DNA of 64,000 nt from the human T2T-CHM13v2.0 reference genome, Homo sapiens, in NCBI RefSeq assembly GCF_009914755.1, contig NC_060929.1; one strand, written 5' to 3'. The translations under genes were made by a program, and so were the position numbers. Numbering within the stretch: position 1 is the first letter of the stretch; every line of letters starts with the position of its first letter. Of this stretch, positions 11,055 through 23,168 are shown piece by piece. The notes under the pieces are model-generated. The model ran no database searches. It saw only the letters and a list, made by a program, of their open reading frames with translations, and was not told where the DNA came from.

Positions 11055-11613
11055 GAGCGAGAGGAAGCAATGGGCTATCGCAGCCTTACTGCTAGCCTGA
11101 CAAGAAGCCATTAGGGGACCTTCCAAAGTGGGAAGTGATTCTGAATGAAGTGACAAGAATGAATGAGCCACACCTGAGCCAATGTTTCTTAACAAAACAC
11201 AGAGAGCTAAAATGATGTCTGGAATTTGAAAAAAGAATTGAGAAATAATATCTAGGAGAGGCTAATATTTTAGCAAGTACATTCTGAACTCTGAAATGGG
11301 TCACCTAGAGAAAGTTCTTTGATTCTCTGATATTGGAAGACAACATTTTGGGGGGTTTCAACTTCTTTCTCATGATAGATCATGTCAATGAAGTGACCTT
11401 GGAAAGCTATTTAATTATTTATATTTTAGTTAAAGCTAAGGCAAAGTTCTATAATGAGAAAAATGCAAACATTTGTTCTTATTATTTGAAGAGGAAGCAT
11501 TTTTTTTTTAAACAACCAAGTGGTAATTTTACTAAGAAGGGCCATCTTTCTGGGCAGAAATTATGGAAGTAGGCATACCACGCAGGCTGGAGAGTGGAAC
11601 ACATCAGTATTAT

Positions 11614-12310
11614 TGAAATGGGAGAGCTCCCTGACCCCCTCGCAAGACGTGAGACAGGGATGTGGCTCGTTTATTTGAGCTGTGCTCAAACCCCTTATGG
11701 GAGGGGGAGCACACAGATGGGCAGGTGCAGGAGCTGGGGTGAGTGTTTTGGGGCTCCAGCCCTACGGTAGTGTCTAGGGATGTGTTACAATTAATGCTCT
11801 TTTAGCAGTTGTTGTCCACAGATAGGTAAGTGTTAAACCAGCTCAGTGGAGAGTCAGGGTGACAGCTATTTACACCCTGCCCTCTTGGTACCCGGCTCCT
11901 TGTCTGGCATCCAGGAAGTATCAGGTCACTCGAACTTGAAGGATGGTGAATGCAGGGATTTTATTGAGTGATGGAGGTGGCTCTCAGCAGGATGGATAAG
12001 GAGCTGGAAAGAGGATGGTGTGGGAAGATGATCTTCCCCTGGAGTTTGGCCATCCCACAGTCGAACTCCTCTCAACGTTCAGACACCCTTTCTCTTCTTT
12101 TTCTCTGCCATGCCGCTCTGCGGCTCTTCTGATCTTCTGTTTGTGGAGCCTGGGGTTTGGGGTTGATATGGGTACAGGATAGGGGAGTATGAAAACAGGA
12201 ATGCCTGTTCCCATTTAGGGCCAAGGGTTTCCAGGCTTGAGGGGAGTGGGGGCCTTTGCTGGGGAACTGCCCTCTTCTACCCAGTATTTCTCTGCCTCCT
12301 GTCTATATCA
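11614..12310 (-). mobile_element. MER52-family solo LTR (ERV1), short or internally deleted form
   Basis: Ends 'tgaaatgggagagctccctgacccc' and 'cttctacccagtatttctctgcctcctgtctatatca'; near TSD ttat/ttgt. Confidence 0.75.
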
Positions 12311-12924
12311 TTGTTGGAGATGCCATAACTAAAAGGCTGGCAAAATTGAGATTTCAGAGGGACAAGAAATAGACAGGGTTTACAATATCGTTGAAGGATT
12401 GAGGTCTTATGGATAAATAGAGGGGAAAGTCTGCTGATCCCTTCCAATGTTCCATACCAGATTTCCTGGAGGAGCGATATATATTTATTTCTGAGTCCCA
12501 TCTTTAGTCCTGCAATAATTTTTAGCATTTGTGTGAGGTTGATTTCAGGCAAGGGAAGACTTGGGCAAGTTATAGTACAGCATCTCTGAAAGTGTGTTTT
12601 GAGGAATGCAAATACTATAGAATATCATTAAATATAATAGAGTCTGTGGTCAAATGAACTTCAAAACATTGATTTAAACTGTGTTAAAAAGCTTTCCTTG
12701 CTGCATGTCTTCTCAGAGCCTTTGAAATGCTGAGGTTCATTGTAAATCTCCAGGTAGAAGTGGAGCTGGGAGGAGGAGCTTGAGTAAATAGAGTATAGTG
12801 CATGTATGATTCCAACATTTCTCTTACCATAAAACCTCCTTCTGCTCTTCTTCCCTGGAAAATCTTTTAGAAGTTGTGTTTCATGTAATACTCTGTTGTC
12901 TACATGGTCAAAGTGGAAAAAGCC

Positions 12925-13060
12925 CATGACTGGGTATTAGATTTTCAGGGCTCCAGTTCTGGTTGTTTAATTTTGGGCATTTATTTAACCTCTCTGGGCC
13001 TTGGGTTTCTCATCTGCAATATGCGAAAATTAGTCCTAATAGTTCCAGAATCCTGTGCTT
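12925..13060 (+). mobile_element. MIR fragment
   Basis: 'ttgggcatttatttaacctctctgggccttgggtttctcatctgcaatatg'. Confidence 0.7.
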
Positions 13061-13090
13061 CCTGTATGAGTGCTTCACCACTTTCTGCCG

Positions 13091-14165
13091 TATCAGGGAA
13101 CCTGCCCCAATAATCATGTAGGTTCTTTTCTATTTTTCCTAAGTGTCAGCCAGCTTGAGAAATAAAGGGACAGAGTACAAAAGAGAGAAATTTTAAAGCT
13201 GGGCATCTGGGGGAGACATCACACATTGGTAGGATCTGTGATGCCCCACAAGCCACAAAACCCAGCAAGTTTTTATTAGGGATTTTTAAGAGGGGAGGGA
13301 GTGTGTGAATAGGTGTGGGTGACAGACATCAAGTACTTAACAGGGTAATAGAATATCACAAGGCAAGTGGAGGCAGGGCAAGATCACAGGACCACAGGAC
13401 CACAGGACTGAGGCAAAATTAAAATTGCTAATGAAGTTTCGGGCACCATTGTCATTGATAACATCTTATCAGGAGACAGGGTTTTGAGATCAACTGGTCT
13501 GACCAAAATTTATTAGGCGGGAATTTCCTCTTCCTAATAAGCCTGGGAGTGCTATGGGAGACTGGAGTTTATTTCATCTCTGCAGCCTCGACCATAAGAG
13601 ACGACCCACGCCCTCGGGGGGCCAGTTCAGAGACCCACCCCCAGGTGCACATTCTCTTTCTCAGGGATGTTCCATGCTGAGAAAAAGAATTCAGCGATAT
13701 TTCTCCCATTTGGTTTTGAAAGAAGAGAAATATGGCTCTGTTCCGCCCGGCTCACCGGCAGTCAGAGTTTAAGGTTATCTCTCTTATTCCCTGAACAATT
13801 GCTGTTATCCTGTTCTTTTTTCAAGGTGCTCAGATTTCATATTGCTCAAACACACATGCTGTACAATTTGTGCAGTTAATGCAATTATCACATGGTCCTG
13901 AGGCAACATACACCCTCCTTGGCTGACAGGATTAAGAGATTAAAGACAGGCATAAGAAATCACAAGGGTATTGACTGGGGAAGTGATAACTGTCCATGAA
14001 ATCTTCAAAACTTATGTTTAGAGATTGTAGTAAAGACAGGCATAAGAAATTATAAAAGTATTAATTTAGGGAACTAATAAGTGTCCATAAAATCTTCACA
14101 ATCCACATTCTTCTGCCATGGCTTCAGCTGGTCCCTCCGTTTGGGGTCCCTGACTTCCCACAACA
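13091..14165 (-). mobile_element. MER11 solo LTR (HERV-K HML-8), full length
   Basis: Ends 'ggggtccctgacttcccacaaca' (reverse complement of MER11 start); ~1075 bp; 6-bp TSD ctgccg/ctgccc typical of ERVK. Confidence 0.93.
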
Positions 14166-15233
14166 CTGCCCCAAAATGTGTCCTGAGGACTCCTTTTTGA
14201 GTGTCAACCCACCACTAGTGCAGGACCTGCCCAAGATGAACAAATGATAACTCACTCCCATTTCTATGGCTCACCTATGTCTTGATAGAAAGAACCAAGT
14301 GCTTTTGTATATAACCATTACACCACTAGCCAAACCTTCCCAGAAGGGAAATTTCTACTGTTGAATGTTCTCTGCACAGATTACTGTCAGAGAACATGAA
14401 TCACACCTTGAACTTCAAGTCCATGGCAAAATTCATTATATTTTCCACTGCGGCAAAGAGAATTGTATGTGGAGGAAGACACAGTCATTTGCCCTGGAGT
14501 CATTTGTTGGAATGATAAAGAAACTCTTTCAGAGCAGACAGAGCCTCATACCATACTCTCCTGTAGGAGGCTTTGCAGTGTCCTTGCTGTCCTGCAGGGA
14601 GAAACCATTACCAGCATGAGTGAGCCAAGCTAAGTCCAAGGTGAACTGAAAGACAAAATTTCTCGAATTTCTTATTCATTCACTCAACTCTTTATTAAGC
14701 ACTGATTAGGTTCCAGGTCTCTAACATACTATCCTCCTCCTCCTCTTCATCATGATGAAAGGGCTCCTTTAATGTATTCTTACCAGAAACAGGTATCACA
14801 TTATAAAACTCTTTGCTAATTTTGGAAGTGAAAAATGCTAGTTTACTATGGTTTTAATTTGAACTTCTGATACTTGACATTTTATAATTTTAAACTTATT
14901 ATATTTTCTATGATTTTTCCACTTATATGTTAGGATCTTAGAATGTTTTGAATAAACAAATGCCAGGAAAATAATAATCCATGAGTATGCAGCATAGAAA
15001 ATATCTAATAATGCATGAGTAGTGTAAAAACTGACACAGATAAGGCATGCAGTGTATGTAAGCAACACTAAGTGCCCTACGATGCCAGGCCCAGCCCCTG
15101 GTCTTCTCTCTGCCTGGCCATTGTTCTGGCTGTAACATCTTTACCTCGTGCCAGCTGCCCTTCCACTTCTATGAGCCCCTCATGACCTCTCAGAGTGGTT
15201 GGTCTTCCAGAGTCTGCTGGGGTACAAGACTCA

Positions 15234-15372
15234 TTTTTATTTATAAATTTTTGTAGAGATGGGGGTCTTCCTATGTTGCACAGGCTGGTCTCGAACTCCT
15301 GGGCTCAAGCAATCTTCCTGCCTCACCCTCCCAAAGTGCTGGGATTTCAGGTGTGAGGCACTGTGCCTGGCC
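15234..15372 (-). mobile_element. Alu monomer (FLAM_C / AluJ left arm)
   Basis: 'tttttgtagagatgggggtc...gggctcaagcaatc...gtgcctggcc'. Confidence 0.9.
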
Positions 15373-16744
15373 CAAGACTCCTGTTGAACAAAATATTTTG
15401 TTTCTGTAAGGGCGAGAGACACCTATTACCCAACACCTTTATTTAGGTATTAAGGATTTTTTTTTTAACTTATTTGTCTTCTTTTCCTCTTGTTTTCACA
15501 TGAATTTGGAATCCTTATGGGAGAGGAGCAACATAAACAGCCCATCTGTTGGGCAGAGCAGGAGCTCATGCTTGAATGACTGCTTCCCAAAGAAACCAAA
15601 ATCCTCAGCAAACTTTGAAGCCAACCTCTTGGCATCAGTTTATTTTTTCCACATCCTTTGTGTCCCATGCGGCCTACACTCCAGGGAGGTGGCACAAGGC
15701 TTACACAGCAGCAGGCAATGTGGAGAATCTCTGTGGTTCTGTGGCTCAGGGGATCTGGGCGAATGGCTACTTTCATAATAGTGACATTCTCACCTGCTTG
15801 AGCCTTCTCCCATCAGCCTAGTTTTTTCTCCTGCTTGAAAATGATTTGGGTTTTAATGAGCCCCCAGCTGGCCTAAAGGCAAACAGGCCTCCCAGTTTCT
15901 TTCTCTCCCTGCTCTCAGCATTAACCAGTTAATCATTAGGCAGGGACCTTTTTCAAGGCAAGTCTTTTACTTAGAGGTTTGATTTTTCCAAGTAAGAACA
16001 TGATGTTTTTCTGCCTCAAGAGTCTTAAGAAGCTCTTCTCAGAGTAGCCTTATTTCACAAATGTGTGTCAGGTTTTAGGGTTTGGTAATGACTCTAGATT
16101 TTATTTAGCTTTTAACCTGTGACTATCAATGAAATAGAACCATTCTCCTTTCCCTCTCTCACCTTAGCATGAATTTATTGAAGGCTTGACTGCCTCCTAA
16201 TGATGGAACAGCAATACTTATAATGATTTCTGTGCAACTCTATGATAGCTGACACATCCATTTGATAACGGATACAGAAAATTCTAATATTAAATGTGTG
16301 ATGAAAGTCTGGTTTGTTAGAGATGCAACATGCAGTCTGCATTAGATTGAACAGCTGGTCCCCAAGTTGTTGTCCTTTTATTATTCAAGTTGACCCAGCT
16401 TTGTTTATGCTCCTTCATCTTTCTTCTAATCACTCATGACTACAGATAAGAAATGGCAGAAGTTTGATAAAAGAAGTTGAGGTTTGGGCCTATGGCCCAT
16501 ACTTTTTTTTTTCCTTTAAAATTTATTTCATTTAAAGCTGTGTTAGTCAACTCATGGACCCAGAAGTAGTTGCCTTTGGAACAACGTCATGATCTTAGTT
16601 CACAGTGGCAGGGGGCCATGGATGAAAAGGTGGATGAATGGAAAGAGGCAGAGGGTCCAGAGAGCTGCTCATCAGGGTCATCTTTGCCAGTCCCATGCCC
16701 TTGGCTGTCATGCTATATACCAGTTATGTGTCCCCTAACAAGTA

Positions 16745-17279
16745 CAGCAAGTCCCCCCGCTAATGTCTTTGATAGGTTCTTGGAAGCTGTGATGTTAAGC
16801 AAAATGACAGATAAGGAAACCAATTTTACCATAGATGAATTGATATAAATAAGAATTAAGTTACTGCAGCATATTTATGTTCACAAAAACGACCAAATTT
16901 CAAAAGGAAAACCAAAACACTTCTAATGCTAAATATTGAAATAAATGTGAGCCATACATACATTTAAGAAAGATGAATGCAAACAGGTAAGATCATCATT
17001 TACTCGATTTTTCCAGTTCAGAGTCACGGGTGGCTCTGAGCTTATCCCAGAAGCTTAGAGCACAGGGTAGGAACCAGCCCTCCCTCCCCTCAACATAAGC
17101 ACACACGCATACTCAGACTGGGACCCGTAGACACGCCAACAGCTTTAGGGTGTGGGAGGAAACTGGAGTACCTGGAGAAAACCCACACAGACAGCGGCCC
17201 CAGCTGGGAAGCGGTGTTTGTTTCCTCTTTTTTACTTTCTCCTCAAGGTTATAATAAAATGACATTTGAGGATCTGCTG
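16745..17279 (-). mobile_element. MER6/MER6A (TcMar-Tigger)
   Basis: Termini 'cagcaagtcc' / 'ggatctgctg' flanked by TA on both sides; internal 'gggaggaaactggagtacctggagaaaacccac'. Confidence 0.85.
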
Positions 17280-17284
17280 TACCA

Positions 17285-17430
17285 CATTTTCCTCTTCATT
17301 ATAATGGAAATAATTATACCTACTTCATATGGTTGTGGAAGGATTCAATGAGTGAAATGAGTGAATACCTGTGAAAAACTCAGAACATCTGGTATATAGG
17401 GATTCAGTGATGTTAGTCATTGTTATTATG
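17285..17430 (+). mobile_element. MIR fragment
   Basis: 'ataattatacctacttcatatggttgtggaaggattcaatgag'. Confidence 0.7.
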
Positions 17431-18239
17431 GCTGCTGTTGTTACAACAATGATGATGATCAGAAGCAGCTCCAGTAAACTGTGAATGGAAGCCTCTGGTT
17501 GCCCCAAAGGAATGGAGGAGATTAAATGAAATGGTGATTAATGGTGCCATGAACTACTGGTTTCTGAATAGCTGACCAGCTGCAGAAGAAAACATATTGC
17601 TTATCCTCCTTTTGGCCTTCATCTCCTAGCTGATAAAATACATTTAAAGTATGTGTACCTCTGATCCTCTCCCTGGTTTTCTATAAAAACAAAATAAAAT
17701 ACTTTTTGCGAAGCACTCTGGAAAGGGAAATGCAAGGTATTATTATTGTGGTTTTCTTTTCAGCCATGAGGATGCTCAGACTTTTATTCCCTACCACTAA
17801 CACGGGTGAAATAGTCTCTTTTCTTTCTCTTACTGCGATTTTACAAAAAAGTGGCTTTAAAACGTTTGGAAGTGAAAGAACTACTTTTAGAGCTTATTGT
17901 GTTAAGCTAGATCATTCAGCCATTAGCTCATCAACACAGTTTGTGTCCAGAGATGTGTCAACATAGGGGAACACTAAGCAGCAGTGAGAGCACAGCACAA
18001 AGGAACGTATGAGATCTTTGTCCAAACAATAGCAGAAAACACAGTGAGCAATGAAAATGACCTGCCTAGAAAAAAAGTAACCCATGGACACAAAATATTG
18101 CAACAGCTGCCTGGGGAACTCAGATAACCTCTCTGGAATAGGTAAAAGAAAATTGCAATTCACTGTAAACCTATGCAGCAGCCCCGTTTTTTTATCTCCT
18201 TAATCACACTTGTGAAAATTTGTTGGATATTATCTATGC

Positions 18240-18470
18240 TCTAAGCACTCTCATAAGGAGTCTACAATAATATCTTATGTCTTTTAATCCTGATTAAAAA
18301 CCCAAGGGATAGCTATCATTATTATTTTCATTTTACAGTTGAGCAAAGAGAAGCCCCGAAAGGTTAAGTAACTTTCTGAAGATGATAGCCAGTAAGTGGC
18401 AGAGCCAGAATTTAATCAGGATCTGTGTGACTCTAAAGCTCACTTTTGTAACCATGATGCCATAATACCT
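18240..18470 (-). mobile_element. MIR
   Basis: 'attttacagttgagcaaagagaag...aggttaagtaact...gtaagtggcagagccagaattt'. Confidence 0.8.
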
Positions 18471-19554
18471 CCCACATTAATGTGTGGCGAGTCCCATTGT
18501 CCTCTAGGATACCTGTCTGAGAAAGATAATAAAAAATGTGTTCCTTCAAAAAGAGGTCATTGACCATAAGAGAGATAGGGAAACATCACATCTTATCCTA
18601 CATTTGTTCCAGATTTGTTTGGTTTTGAGTTTGTGAATTGATGCCTTTAAGGAATAGATATTTATAAAGGAAAAATATACCCTGGGTTCAGTATTGCCAT
18701 GGTAAGTGAGCTAAGACACGAGTCTGCAAAGAGCTATGCATCAGTGCTCCTCAGCAAACCATAAATAATAATGGCAACTAATAAAATCCAATTCATGTGC
18801 ACCAATGTGATTACTTGAGCGTTAGCCTTTCCAGGGAGAGACCAGCACATCTGTTGCTGTAACTCAAAAGAAATTGGACTCCTGGTATTTCTAGTGAGCA
18901 GTTCTGGATGGATACTTCTTAAGAAGTCTGGACTAATCTTACATATTTTGGCGAATATGCAATTGACAGATAATTTACTTCCCATTCATCAATACCCTCA
19001 ATGAAGGAAAATGTTGGAGTGATTAATATAATGACTTAATGGGGGAGAGGAGAATAAAAGTCAATCTGGAAACTTGGTATTTGGATAATTTATGGGCAGT
19101 ATGGCATGAAAAAGCCTGCATCAGTGTGAGCAAGTACAAGTTATGTGCTTCAATAAGGAACTTTTAAATAAACATGAAGTCCTAGCAATCTTGAACTTCA
19201 GAATTAATCTCATCTGAACCAATAAGGGACTCAGTTTGAAAAAAGAAAATCTAGGGCAGAATGCCTAGCTCAGTAGGCAGTATGAGGAGGGAAGAGCTTT
19301 TGGAGAAATTAAAAACCTCTCTTAGTAGCATTTTTATTTTTAAGCTTAAACATAAGAGAACCAGAGTTTTTCACATGTAATCACTGAAAATTTCAAGTGA
19401 TAGTAAATTTTATAGTAAAAAGGGCTTTAAAATGTATCTAGTTCAAACTTCTCATTCAGCAAGTAGAAGAAGTAAGATCACAGAGAGTCAGATAGACTTG
19501 TATATAGTTACATATCCAGCCAGCCTTCATCTCTCTTTACAAGATTTAAAAAAC

Positions 19555-19990
19555 ATTTGTTATAACTTTATAATCTTTCTGACTATAAAAGTGACAAATG
19601 TTCGCTGGAGCAAAATGAGGAAAATAGAACCCAAAATAGCAAAATGGAAAAAAAAGTACTCATAATTCTACCATTCAAATCCTCATTCCATTAATATTTT
19701 GGTATATTTCCTCTCATGCTTCTTTTCTATACATTTATAATGAATTTGTATTTCACAATAACGGGGCCATATACTATAAAACTTTTAAAAACTGATTTTG
19801 CTTCAGAGATTTTTAATAAATTAAAAATGGCTGTATTGCTTTTTATGACTATCAAGGTAATTACATATTTAGTGTAAAACATCCACATAATACAGAAATT
19901 ATAAAGAAAATGAAAATGACCTGGAACTCCACCATCCAAAGATAGCAACTGAAAATGATTTATTTTCTTCCAGAGTTTTTTCTGTGGTGC
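19555..19990 (-). mobile_element. Old L1ME 3'-end fragments (two in tandem)
   Basis: Two AT-rich blocks each containing 'cataattctacca / actcccaccatccaaagata...'. Confidence 0.5.
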
Positions 19991-21000
19991 ACTTGTAACC
20001 CAAAGTCCCTCTGCCTAATCCATTTGTAGGATCACATGAGGTCTCTTAAAAATTAGTGTCTTTGCTCACACTTCCCTGCTAGTTGAAGACTGTGGGATGG
20101 ATCTCCAGTGCTGCCTCAACTTCTCCAACAGTCATCTGGGAGAATCTGAGGTAGCCCAGGATCCCACATACTCACCCTCTCCTGTTCTGCACTGTGGATG
20201 TGCCCTGGCCACAGCTACTTGAGAGAGTCGTGTGATCATCCCTCCAGGGAGCATGAGTGCTCTGTGAGAGGAGCCCTGCTTCCCTGCCCAGTAGGCTGTC
20301 TCCTGGGATCTTGAGTCTGCAAAATATTCTTGGTGTCAAGAGCCTCCTTAGCCCTCCATGTAGCCTGCTCAGAAGGGAGTGTGATGCCTCCCATTCTGCC
20401 CCATGCCTCTGTAGGTTATGCCTTCCCATCTTTTTGTGGGGTTAGGTGCTTAAGAACAGCTTCTCCTATCCCTCCTGTCCCAAAGCAAATAACCTCAGGC
20501 AAAGTAATAACTGAGAATATACCTGCCTTAATTTAGCTTGGACTGTGATCCATCTTGAATTTTTAGATATTTTGGGTAAATTTTTGGATGTGCTTGAGTT
20601 TCAAGTTTTTGCATATATATATCCAATGATTTCAGCATATTTATTGAAAATGCAATTCTTTCTTCACTGAATTGCCTTTGCACCTTTGTCAGAAATCATT
20701 GCCTGTTTTGTGGGTGTCTATTTCTGAACTCTGTATCTACCCCCTTGATAGTTTATCTATCTGGACCCCAATCCCACATTGCCATGATTGGTATAACTTT
20801 ATAATAAAGCCTTGAAATCAGGTAGTGTTTGTTCTCCAACTTCATTCTTTCTCAAAGTTGTTTAGGTTATTTTAAGTCCTTTGTATTTCTATGCAAATTT
20901 GAGAGTCAGTTTGTTAATTTTTATTAAAAATAGTACTGGGATTTTGATTTGGATTATGTTGAATCTATAGACCAATTTGGGGAGCACTGATATGCTAATA

Positions 21001-21048
21001 TTAGGTTGGTGGAAAAGCAACTGCACCTTTTGCTATTACTTTTAATGA
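21001..21048 (+). mobile_element. Half MADE1 (Hsmar1-derived MITE)
   Basis: 'ttaggttggtggaaaagcaactgcaccttttgctattacttttaatg' matches one MADE1 arm. Confidence 0.75.
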
Positions 21049-21718
21049 TATGTCTTTTCATTTATTTAGATCCTTTAAAATTTACCTTAGCAATATTTTG
21101 TAGTTTTTTGTGTTTAGGTTATTCACATCTTTTGTTGGATTTATTTCCAAGTATTTCATATTTTTGATGCTATTTTAAGTGGTAAAGTTTTTAAATTTTG
21201 ATGTCTGATTTTTCATTTTTAATATAAAGAAATACAATTGCTTTTTTGTATGTTGTTCTTATCTCTAACCTTGTTAAATGCACTTGTTAGTTCAAGTAGG
21301 TCTTGTGCAGATCCACTGGATATTCTATGCGGACAATTATTTCATCCATGAATAAAGACAGCATTGCTTCCCTTTTAATACATATGTCTTTTTTTTTTTT
21401 TTTACTTGACTTATTGCACTGGCTCGGGTCTCCAGTACAATGTGTACTTGAAGTGATGAGGGCAAAACCACTGTCTTATTTCTGATCTTAGGGGGATCTT
21501 CTTTCACTATTAAATATGATATTAGTTGTAGGGTTTCTGTAGATGTCCCTTATCAGTTTGAGGAAATTTCCTTCGATTCCTACTTTGCTAAGAGGTTTTT
21601 TTTGTTTGTTTGTTTGTTTGTTTTTAAATCAGGAATGGATGTTGGATTTTGTCAAATGCTTTTCATTTCTTTATTAAGATGATCAAATTTATTCTTATTT
21701 TTTAGTTTGTTAATATGA

Positions 21719-22266
21719 TGAATTAGTCAGGGTTCTCCAGAGAAATAGAATGAACCAGATACATACGTCTAGATTAATGTGAGGGGATTCGATATGGGAA
21801 TTGGCTTATGCAATTATGGAGGCTGAGAAGTCCCTCAACTGGCCATCTGCAAGGTGGAGAACCATGGAAGTCAGTGGTATAGCTCAGTCCAAGTCTGAAG
21901 GCCTGAGAAACAGGAAAGCCCATGCTATAACTCTCAGAATGAGGCCAAATGCCTGAGGAACAGAGGGTTCCAAATCCTGGAGTCTAAGGCCGGAGTACCT
22001 GAGTTCTGATGTCCAAGGAAGAAGAAACTCCAGAAGAATGAATTTGCTTTTCCTCTGCCTTTTTGTCCTATCTGGGCCCTCAAAATACTGGATGGTGCCT
22101 GCTCACAATGCGTGAGGGTGGATTTTCCTCAGTCAGTCTACTGATTCTAACGTCGGTCTCTTCTGGAAACACCCTCTCAGACACACCCAGCTATAACGCT
22201 TTCCCAGCTATCTGAGTATGAATATCCCTTAACACAATCAAGTTGATACCTACAATAAACTACCAC
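21719..22266 (-). mobile_element. MLT2 (ERVL) solo LTR inserted in L1
   Basis: 'ttagtcagggttctccagagaa...ttatggaggctgagaagtccc...aatcaagttgatacc'. Confidence 0.88.
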
Positions 22267-23061
22267 ATAGGGCAAATTATTGATTTTTGAATGTTAAACC
22301 TATCATGCATTCCTGGATAAATCTTACTTGGTCATGATGTATTCTCCTTTATATATATTCTTGGAATAACTTACTAAAATTTTGTTTAGAATTTTTTGTA
22401 TCTATGTTCACAAGAGATACTGTTCTTTAGTTTTCTTGCCATACCTCTGTGTGATTTTAGTATTAGGATAATGCTGGTTTTGAAGAATGAGTTCCTTTCT
22501 CTTCGGCTTTCTGGAGCAGTTTATGCAGGGTGGATATTTCTTCATAAATGTTTGCTCTAGTACCAGTGAAACCACTTGGGCATAGAAATTTTCTCGGTGG
22601 GAAAAATTTTAAAGTACAAATTAAATTTCTTTAATGGATATAGGGCTATTCAGGTTATCTATTTCCTCTTGAATGAGTTTTGGTCATTTGTGTCTTTCAA
22701 GAAATTTTTACATTTTATCCAAGTTGTCAGATTTGTAGACATAAAGTTGTAATATTTCCTTATCCTTTCAATATTTATATAATCTGTGGTGATATCACCT
22801 CCCTCATTCCTGATATTGGTAATATGTGTCTTCTCTCCTTTTTTCCTATTCCATCTGGCTAGAAGTTTATCAATTTTATAAATCTCAAAGAACCAGTTTT
22901 TGGTTTTATTGACTTAATTTTTTTCCTGTTTTCTATTTTATTGATTTCTACTGTAATCTTTATTATTTCCATTCTTTTGGTTACTTTGGGTTTCATTTTC
23001 TCTTCTATTTCTAACTTCTTAAAGGGAGAGCTAAGATAATAGATTTATGAACTTTCTTCTT

Positions 23062-23168
23062 GGGCCTGGCCTATGTTGCTCAGGCTGGTCTTGAAGTCCT
23101 GAGCTCAAGGGATCCTCCCATCTCAGCCTCCCAAGTAGCTGGAACTACAGGCGTGCGCCGCTACAGCT
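23062..23168 (-). mobile_element. FLAM/FAM Alu monomer in L1
   Basis: Alu monomer sequence; TSD-like 'aactttcttc' on both sides. Confidence 0.85.

Noticed and set aside
13900-14100. Internal direct repeats 'taaagacaggcataagaaat...gtccat.aaatcttca'
   Set aside because: Normal internal tandem structure of MER11; not a CRISPR-like array.
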